A stretch of DNA of 14,520 nt from Promethearchaeota archaeon (lineage in GTDB: Archaea; Asgardarchaeota; Lokiarchaeia; Sigyniarchaeales; SOKP01), in contig JBHLNZ010000073.1 of the NCBI GenBank assembly GCA_048941015.1, positions 1 to 14,520 on the forward strand, in the 5' to 3' direction. This document shows positions 8,555 to 14,520 of this stretch, piece after piece; position 1 is the stretch's first letter, and every line of letters begins with the position of its first letter. Below the pieces are notes generated by a model. It did not search any database and had not been told where the DNA came from. It saw only the letters and a program-made list of their open reading frames with translations. The position numbers and the translations under genes are program-made.

Positions 8555-9481
8555 TTATTCATTTTTTTCTAAAATTAAACGTGCTTCAAATAAGTTCAAT
8601 TTCTTACCAGCTTTTTGCTTTTCTAAAGCAGTTGCAAGTTTATCCTGCTTAATCTTCTCTATTTCTTCATCTCGTTTGTTAGTGGTTTTATAAGATTGTT
8701 TAGGTCTCTTAGTTTGTCTATAAGGTTTTTTACCTTTCGATATTTTCTTTCTTTGGTTCATTACTTTTAAAAACTGTTCATGATATTTGTCAGCTAATTT
8801 TTTATTTTCTATAAGTTCCTCTTCCTTTCTTTTCTTTTTTTCTTTTAGTTCATTGGCTTGATCATATGATTCAAGCATCTTAATATGATAATTTTGAGAT
8901 TTATTTGACCATTTATTCAATTGTTCATAGATCTTGTTTAAATTAATCTTTATAATTTGAATTTTACGTTCAAGTTTAAATAATGCTGAATTTTCCTTTT
9001 GTGCCAGAAAATCTTGTTTTACTTCTGCAAGTTCTTTTATCTTATCAACAATGGCGTTTTCTTCAGCGATATTCAAATTATCAGTTTCAATTTTTCTCTC
9101 TAGATTGCTGATTTTCCTTTCAATTTGATTAATAGACATGAATTTTTTATTTGATATTGCATTATCATTAGTTTTTTCAAGTTTCCGTTTTTCTTCAATA
9201 TATTTGTCAAAAAGATCTTTATATTCATTTTTTTTTTCTTTTAACTTCTTTACCTTACTATTCCAATAATCTCTTTTTTTCTTATAATTATCGCGAGCAG
9301 TCTTCAATAAATTTTCTATTTGGGTATCAATTTCTTGTAATTCGTTTATAAAATCTTTAGTTTTTTTATTTAATTCATCTCTTTTACTTCTAAATTCCTC
9401 AATCTGCATTTGAAGGTCTCTAAAAGAAGTTTTAGGAACTTGAGAAGTTTTAGATCGGTCTTTATTCATAGATAATTTCAT
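8555..9481 (-). CDS. Archaeal coiled-coil protein (COG1340-like)
   Basis: Lys/Glu-rich heptads with RDELN/RDYWN repeats, central I..LE..IET..L...EE..IV.KI.EL, AD.YH..F, and C-terminal ALEK.KAGKKL.L.E..L, all typical of this archaeal family. Confidence 0.8.
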   Translation of the reverse strand: MKLSMNKDRSKTSQVPKTSFRDLQMQIEEFRSKRDELNKKTKDFINELQEIDTQIENLLKTARDNYKKKRDYWNSKVKKLKEKKNEYKDLFDKYIEEKRKLEKTNDNAISNKKFMSINQIERKISNLERKIETDNLNIAEENAIVDKIKELAEVKQDFLAQKENSALFKLERKIQIIKINLNKIYEQLNKWSNKSQNYHIKMLESYDQANELKEKKKRKEEELIENKKLADKYHEQFLKVMNQRKKISKGKKPYRQTKRPKQSYKTTNKRDEEIEKIKQDKLATALEKQKAGKKLNLFEARLILEKNE

Positions 9482-9498
9482 TAAAAGGTCTATATCAG

Positions 9499-9676
9499 AA
9501 AGGATGTAAATCCTTTTAGTATGTAAATCAATTCAACATTTATTATATATTTTTTGTAAACAATCTAATAATTCGTATAACATTTTTCATAAAATTACAC
9601 TTTTGTAAATTCTAATTACATAAAAATAAAAAATTGGAATGTGTTTCCTTTAATTTAACAGGTCTTTTCTGTTAAA
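9499..9676. promoter_or_regulatory. Cluster of inverted and direct repeats in the divergent coiled-coil/trmI intergenic region
   Basis: AAAGGAT-GTAA-ATCCTTT (9499-9516); ATGTAAATC twice (9504-9512, 9521-9529); TTACA-N4-TGTAA (9595-9608); TTTAACAG-N7-CTGTTAAA (9654-9676). Confidence 0.4.
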
Positions 9677-9747
9677 ATAGAATCTTCTTAAATATTTAAA
9701 ATCTTAATACATTATTTAAAATAGTAATATTTTTTGTATCAAATATC

Positions 9748-10614
9748 ATGACAACAAATATAATAAAAGAGTATGATCTAATTTACCTAATTCTTGATGA
9801 ACGTAGAAAATGGTTAATTCAAGTCAAAAGGGGAGAGGAATTTCATACTCATAAAGGGATAATCAATTTTAATGATATCATCGGAAAACCTTATGGTTCT
9901 GTTATATTTTCTAAACCCTTCGAAACACAAGGGTACAAATTTTACATTCTAAAACCATTGCCTTCTGATTATATAATCCATATGACTCGAAAAACTCAAA
10001 TCATATATCCTGAAGATGCTGGACTTATTTTAATTTACTCTGGTATAGGACCTGGAAGTAAAGTAATCGAAGCAGGATGCGGCTCTGGTGCCTTAACTTG
10101 TATACTAGGAAATTATGTAAAACCAAATGGACATATTTATTCTTACGATATTAGAGAAAAGAGCTTAAAAATCGCAAAAAAAAATGTTTTAAAAGCGAAA
10201 TTAGAAAAAATAGTTTCAATAGAATATAAAAATATAATTGAAGATGATTTAGATCTTCAAGAAATTGATTCTATCATATTAGATATGGCAGAACCATGGA
10301 AGGCGGTTGATAAAGTTCGGACATATTTAAAACTTAGCGGAACACTTGTTTCATTCTCACCAACTATAGAACAAGTTAAAAAAACTACTTTTGCTCTCAG
10401 AAGTAATGAGTTTTTTGAAATAAATACCTATGAATTACTAAAAAGGACATATCAAGTAAAAGAAAATGCAACCAGACCTCAAGTAAGAATGATTGGCCAT
10501 TCGGGGTATTTAACTTTTGCAAGAAAGATAAAGGACCAATTAAATCTATATCGGCAAAAAAAGCCACATAAAGAAGAATTTATCGATATTAAAGATATGC
10601 CATTAAGAGGTTAG
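9748..10614 (+). CDS. trmI: tRNA (adenine-N1, m1A58/57) methyltransferase, TrmI/Gcd14 family
   Basis: FHTHKG.I...DIIGKPYG, RKTQIIYPEDA, SAM motif EAGCGSGALT, LDMAEPW, FSPTIEQV and RP...MIGHSGYL. Confidence 0.95.
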   Translation: MTTNIIKEYDLIYLILDERRKWLIQVKRGEEFHTHKGIINFNDIIGKPYGSVIFSKPFETQGYKFYILKPLPSDYIIHMTRKTQIIYPEDAGLILIYSGIGPGSKVIEAGCGSGALTCILGNYVKPNGHIYSYDIREKSLKIAKKNVLKAKLEKIVSIEYKNIIEDDLDLQEIDSIILDMAEPWKAVDKVRTYLKLSGTLVSFSPTIEQVKKTTFALRSNEFFEINTYELLKRTYQVKENATRPQVRMIGHSGYLTFARKIKDQLNLYRQKKPHKEEFIDIKDMPLRG

Positions 10615-10621
10615 ACTTTAT

Positions 10622-10960
10622 ATGGAAATCGATTATAAAGACTTTTTGAAATTGGATATAAGAGTAGGATTAGTTAAAGATTGTGAAAAAGTTCAGAAAT
10701 CCAAATTTCTCTATAAATTGTTAGTTGATTGTGGAGAGGAAAAGTTAAGGCAAATAATTACAGGCATTTCTAACTTTTACACTGCTGAAGAATTAATTAA
10801 TAAAAAAATCGTTGTTATGATCAATTTAAAAACAAGAATTATTATGGGTTTAGAAAGTAATGGAATGCTGCTGGCAGCAGACTATAATAATGAACCTTTT
10901 TTACTAAAAATAGATGAACGAGAAGGAAAAAAAGTTCCCCCTGGAAGTAAAATAAAATAA
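10622..10960 (+). CDS. Stand-alone tRNA-binding OB-fold protein (Trbp111 / MetRS C-terminal domain-like)
   Basis: IDYKDFLKLDIRVG, LYKLLVDCGE..RQIITGI, NLK.R.IMG.ESNGMLLAA and PPGSKI. The MG.ES.GMLLAA motif fits Trbp111/MetRS better than CsaA. Confidence 0.9.
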   Translation: MEIDYKDFLKLDIRVGLVKDCEKVQKSKFLYKLLVDCGEEKLRQIITGISNFYTAEELINKKIVVMINLKTRIIMGLESNGMLLAADYNNEPFLLKIDEREGKKVPPGSKIK

Positions 10961-11380
10961 TTAAAATCCTTTCAATTTTACTCCTGTCTGAAACTCCTTC
11001 TTTTTCTTGAATCTTTCTGTTTTAAAGAAATGTTTTTTCTTCTCAGGTAATATACTAACATATTTTCTTAAAATATCTTCAACAAATTCCTTAGTTTCTT
11101 TATTAGGTATTTGAGAAGGATCCATTAAAACAGATAAAATTTCTTTATTTTTCGAATCTTCGGAGATTCCTAAATTTTTAATGGGAATATGAAATGAATG
11201 AGTAAACCACCCTACCGCTTTTTGATCATGAGCAATAACTTTTAATATATTTACATTTTCTTTTTTAATTTTAAATTCAATTAATTTTTTACCTGGTCGA
11301 ACCATGATTGTTGCATATAAAGGAAGTTTATTTTTAGGATCGTGAATTTTTTTAAAAAATTCTTTCAATTTGTCACTCAT
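10961..11380 (-). CDS. Hypothetical basic protein
   Basis: 139-aa ATG ORF filling the gap. Its stop abuts the convergent gene's stop (TAA|TTA). No family recognised. Confidence 0.75.
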   Translation of the reverse strand: MSDKLKEFFKKIHDPKNKLPLYATIMVRPGKKLIEFKIKKENVNILKVIAHDQKAVGWFTHSFHIPIKNLGISEDSKNKEILSVLMDPSQIPNKETKEFVEDILRKYVSILPEKKKHFFKTERFKKKKEFQTGVKLKGF

Positions 11381-11503
11381 TTTGATTCAAAAATTTAAAT
11401 GTACAATTCTATTTTTTATTTTCTATTTTTAATTTTAGCTTATTAATCTTTATACAGTATATTAGATTAACATATTTATTAATTATAAATAATTGTTTAA
11501 GAA

Positions 11504-11929
11504 ATGATGACAGTAGAATTAAAAACTTTTGAAATAAAAACTAAACCTTTCTGTGATATAATTGATATAACATCTCAAGTACAAGATGCTTTAAATAAGA
11601 GTAATATTGAAAATGGCATTATAAATGTTCATATTGCAGGATCTACAGGCGCTATTTCTACTGTAGAATATGAACCAGGATTAGTTAAGCATGATATTGA
11701 AAATTTCTTGGAAAAGATCTTACCTTATAATGCCCATTACGAACACACTAAAACATGGCATGATCATAATGGAGCTGGACATTTAAGGAGTTTTCTCCTT
11801 AAAACCTCTCAAACTTTCCCTTTTCAGAATAAAAGAATTCTTCTTGGGACTTGGCAACAGATAATATTTATTGAATGCGACGAAAAACCCAGACATAGAA
11901 AAATTTATTGTATGATTATTGGCTGTTAA
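11504..11929 (+). CDS. yjbQ: YjbQ/UPF0047 family protein (secondary thiamine-phosphate synthase-like)
   Basis: IIDIT..V, GSTGAISTVEYEPGL, YEH...WHD.NG.GHLRS.LL, LLGTWQQIIF.E.D..PR.R. Confidence 0.93.
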   Translation: MMTVELKTFEIKTKPFCDIIDITSQVQDALNKSNIENGIINVHIAGSTGAISTVEYEPGLVKHDIENFLEKILPYNAHYEHTKTWHDHNGAGHLRSFLLKTSQTFPFQNKRILLGTWQQIIFIECDEKPRHRKIYCMIIGC

Positions 11930-11962
11930 TAATTTTCCTGTGCTAACGAAAAATCATATTTT

Positions 11963-12163
11963 TTAACTTAGTGTTTTAAATTCTTTCAAAAGCATCTTAA
12001 AAATATCACGGCGATTTATATCTATCATCTTAAGGATAGTGTGATATGAATCCTCTAATTTATTCTTGAATAAAGGGATTTTTCTTACAATATTATCAAA
12101 TTTATTTTTCTGATCAATTTGGTAATTTAAAAATCTTAAAAACCTATTTAATTCCTCACTCAC
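11963..12163 (-). CDS. Small hypothetical protein (GTG start)
   Basis: 66-aa ORF, predicted helical, filling the gap between yjbQ and the GTPase upstream region. No recognisable motif. Confidence 0.45.
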   Translation of the reverse strand: MSEELNRFLRFLNYQIDQKNKFDNIVRKIPLFKNKLEDSYHTILKMIDINRRDIFKMLLKEFKTLS

Positions 12164-12226
12164 TCAAATCAACTTCATTATTTATTAGTTTGAAAAAATA
12201 GAGTTCAATTTCTATAAAAAATATAA

Positions 12227-12284
12227 ATATTATCCTAAAGTCATAGATATGTTATCTTTAAAATACGGAAATGTTATCCTTAAA
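12227..12284 (+). repeat. Three direct repeats (consensus ATRTTATCYTWAA) at an exact 22-bp period
   Basis: ATATTATCCTAAA (12227), ATGTTATCTTTAAA (12249) and ATGTTATCCTTAAA (12271). The spacers between them differ. Confidence 0.65.
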
Positions 12285-12406
12285 TTATTTGTGATAAACA
12301 TAATGTTAAAAGGGATTAATTTATGTTCTAATAAAAAAACATACTTCTTAAAAAGGAAGCTCTTTAGATTTTTTGAATTTAATAATAGAAGGTACCTTAC
12401 AATAAC

Positions 12407-13345
12407 GTGAAACTTATGGAAGATTTGATAAAAATAATTATAGCAGGATTAGATAATGCAGGAAAGACCTCTATTATAACCGCGCTTAATAAAAAATACG
12501 ACTTTAGTAAAGATATTATCTCCCTTACACCTACGATTAAAGTGGAATATCATGCAATGACCTTCCTAGATAAAAAGACCATTTTCTGGGATATGGGAGG
12601 TCAAGAGAAATATAGAAAACTTTATCATGATAAACAGAATCTCTATTTTGAAGGAACAGACTTAATTTTGTTTATTATTGATATTCAGGATAAAGAAAGA
12701 TTTGACACATCCCTTGAATATTTAGATATGATTTTACACTTCTTTGAAAAGAGTAAATTAAATGTCCCTCTTATTGTATCATTTCATAAATTTGATCCTA
12801 ATATAAGAAATGATGATCAATTTATTGATAATATAAACTATTTGAGAGAAATAATCTTAGAAAGATATCAAAATTTCAAGATCTTATTTCAACAAACTTC
12901 TATATATGATATTATTTCGATAATTCAATTGATATCCTATGGATTATCAGTTTTCGATGAGAAATTTTTCGATCTTTCCGCATTATTAGAGAATTATTTA
13001 GAAGTATTTGGATCAAAAGCTCTAATTGTTTTTGATAAAAACGGCATTATCATCAGTGAATTCTACAGTGATGTTATCGAGCCTGAAATTTATATCGAAC
13101 TTCTTGAATCAATCAAAGATCACATGTTTTTGTTAAAAAGGATGCAAGAAGAGTCTTATGAGTCTGATTATAATTTTTCAAATATTGGTGACGAATTATT
13201 ATCTTATTTACATAGAATTCATTTTGATAGTCAATCTTTCTTCGTTTCAGTAATTATTCAAGAGAAGTTAAAAGAAGTATTTCTTGAAAAATTTTCTGAA
13301 TTTCTAATTGATTTAAAAAATATTTTAAAACCATTAATATTTTAA
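12407..13345 (+). CDS. Arf-like/Rag-like small GTPase with C-terminal roadblock/longin-like domain; start is GTG 12407 or ATG 12416
   Basis: G1 GLDNAGKT, G2 PTI, G3 WDMGGQ, G4 HKFD and G5 TSIYD. The ~125-aa C-terminal domain begins with a helix followed by ALIVFDKNGIIISE, a roadblock-like beta hairpin. Confidence 0.88.
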   Translation: MKLMEDLIKIIIAGLDNAGKTSIITALNKKYDFSKDIISLTPTIKVEYHAMTFLDKKTIFWDMGGQEKYRKLYHDKQNLYFEGTDLILFIIDIQDKERFDTSLEYLDMILHFFEKSKLNVPLIVSFHKFDPNIRNDDQFIDNINYLREIILERYQNFKILFQQTSIYDIISIIQLISYGLSVFDEKFFDLSALLENYLEVFGSKALIVFDKNGIIISEFYSDVIEPEIYIELLESIKDHMFLLKRMQEESYESDYNFSNIGDELLSYLHRIHFDSQSFFVSVIIQEKLKEVFLEKFSEFLIDLKNILKPLIF

Positions 13346-13371
13346 GATTAAACAATACTTTAATAAGAATA

Positions 13372-14466
13372 TTAATCTACTTTTAATATTTGCCTTGCTT
13401 TATCTATTAATTTATCCTTTTTCTTTCGATGTTCTTTAATGAATTTTATCACTCGCTCAACACAATCATTTTTATGAGGCCCACACATTAACTTTCCTTC
13501 AATACATTCTTGAAACTCATTTGCTAATTTATCATCATTCTCTTCAAAATGATACATCAAAATTTTATAGATCATACACTTCTGCGGCTCTCCACCAAGT
13601 TGTTGTTGTTCCTTTTTGTTTTTACGACCTCCAGTCAAGGCTCCCTTAATTTTTCGCTCAATTGAATCTAAATCTTCATCAAAAGTAAAATTACTATTTG
13701 GATTTCTTTTAGCCATTTTTTCAGAACCATCAATTCCAGGTAATAAATAATGATACGTTGCACCCGGTAAAAAAAATCCTTTATAATATCTGCGTGTGAG
13801 ATCTCTCGTAAGGCGAATATGAGGATCTTGATCTATTCCAACAGGAACAATTGTTGGTTGTGGACCCTCTAAAATTTGGGGTAAATCAATATCTCCGACC
13901 TGAATTAAAGCAGAAAGGTATAAACCGAAAGTTTTTTCTCCATAAATTGCATTAAGCATATTTTGAGTAACTAATCTACTGACTTTAAAGCAAACATCAT
14001 GAACTAAGGGTTCTTTTGACTGTCTCCATATATATGCTTTTTCTGGTGAAGGATCCAAGCCCAATGCTAATATATCTGCTATATTATCAACTGCAAATTC
14101 TTCAGATTCTTCATAAGTTAGCCCATTATCTTCCCAAGTTTCAATATCAGCAATAGCATAAAATGCTTTTCCACCCATTTTCTGGAATTCTACTATCTCA
14201 AGAGCAGTAGTCAATGTTCCTAAGTGAAATGGTCCTGATGGTTTTATTCCACTCATAACTGCCCAAGGTTGTTTTGCTTCTATTGCTTTGGATATGTCCT
14301 TTAATCCTCGATGGCCAAAAATTATTTTACGTCGGATAAATTTACTCTGTATAAATTTTTGACGTAAAATCTCTGATATCTCATCAATTCCAAATTCTCT
14401 TTTTATTCTTTCATACTCTTCATCATCTCGAGGAACAGAAGATCCCCATGGATCAATATACGACAT
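13372..14466 (-). CDS. trpS: Tryptophanyl-tRNA synthetase (archaeal/eukaryotic type)
   Basis: IDPWG, RRKIIFGHR, SGIKPSGPFHLG, IADIE, Q.GDI..PQ, VPVGIDQDPHIRLTRD, KMAKR in the KMSKS position, and ALTGGR....EQ...GGEP..C. Confidence 0.95.
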   Translation of the reverse strand: MSYIDPWGSSVPRDDEEYERIKREFGIDEISEILRQKFIQSKFIRRKIIFGHRGLKDISKAIEAKQPWAVMSGIKPSGPFHLGTLTTALEIVEFQKMGGKAFYAIADIETWEDNGLTYEESEEFAVDNIADILALGLDPSPEKAYIWRQSKEPLVHDVCFKVSRLVTQNMLNAIYGEKTFGLYLSALIQVGDIDLPQILEGPQPTIVPVGIDQDPHIRLTRDLTRRYYKGFFLPGATYHYLLPGIDGSEKMAKRNPNSNFTFDEDLDSIERKIKGALTGGRKNKKEQQQLGGEPQKCMIYKILMYHFEENDDKLANEFQECIEGKLMCGPHKNDCVERVIKFIKEHRKKKDKLIDKARQILKVD

Positions 14467-14520
14467 TCTAATTTCAAATTAGTTTATAATAATATTAATA
14501 ATAAAAGTATTAACAAAATA

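Noticed and set aside
8555-9481. Annotation as phosphoserine phosphatase or SMC, tempting given the adjacent glyA
   Set aside because: No HAD DxD motif and no Walker A/B motifs; the protein is essentially all coiled coil.
12227-12284. CRISPR array or replication-origin iterons
   Set aside because: The repeats are only 13-14 bp with 8-9 bp spacers. There is no cas or cdc6/orc1 gene nearby and no G-string ORB consensus.
1-14520. Selenocysteine or pyrrolysine read-through
   Set aside because: All recognised proteins appear full length at their stops. The aroC TGA is followed at once by TAA, and I recognised no SECIS-like element.

Overview
AT-rich archaeal chromosomal housekeeping region with no mobile element, CRISPR array, rRNA or tRNA gene that I can see. 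It is most likely from an Asgard archaeon (Lokiarchaeia/Promethearchaeota-like). That assignment is inferred from the archaeal-type Rpo3, eL18, SHMT and TrpRS, plus an Arf/Rag-like small GTPase fused to a roadblock/longin-like domain. Gene order: 5'-truncated Mut7-C RNase (+); small TPR-like protein, Gfo/Idh/MocA oxidoreductase and aroC (-); aroA (+); rpo3-rpl18e-rpl13-rps9 (-); glyA (-); archaeal coiled-coil protein (-); trmI and a stand-alone tRNA-binding OB-fold protein (+); hypothetical (-); yjbQ (+); small hypothetical (-); Rag-like GTPase (+); trpS (-). The most notable items are: (1) the Arf/Rag chimeric GTPase, preceded by three direct repeats spaced exactly 22 bp apart and an uncalled 53-aa ORF overlapping its start; (2) the convergent TrpRS, with non-canonical HLGT and KMAKR motifs and a Cys-to-His variant of the Fe-S motif; (3) a His-to-Gln change in a conserved chorismate synthase motif; (4) a Bfr1/PPI1-like motif in the coiled-coil protein; (5) the broken alpha/S9 ribosomal superoperon. 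All family assignments come from motif recognition, not database searches.
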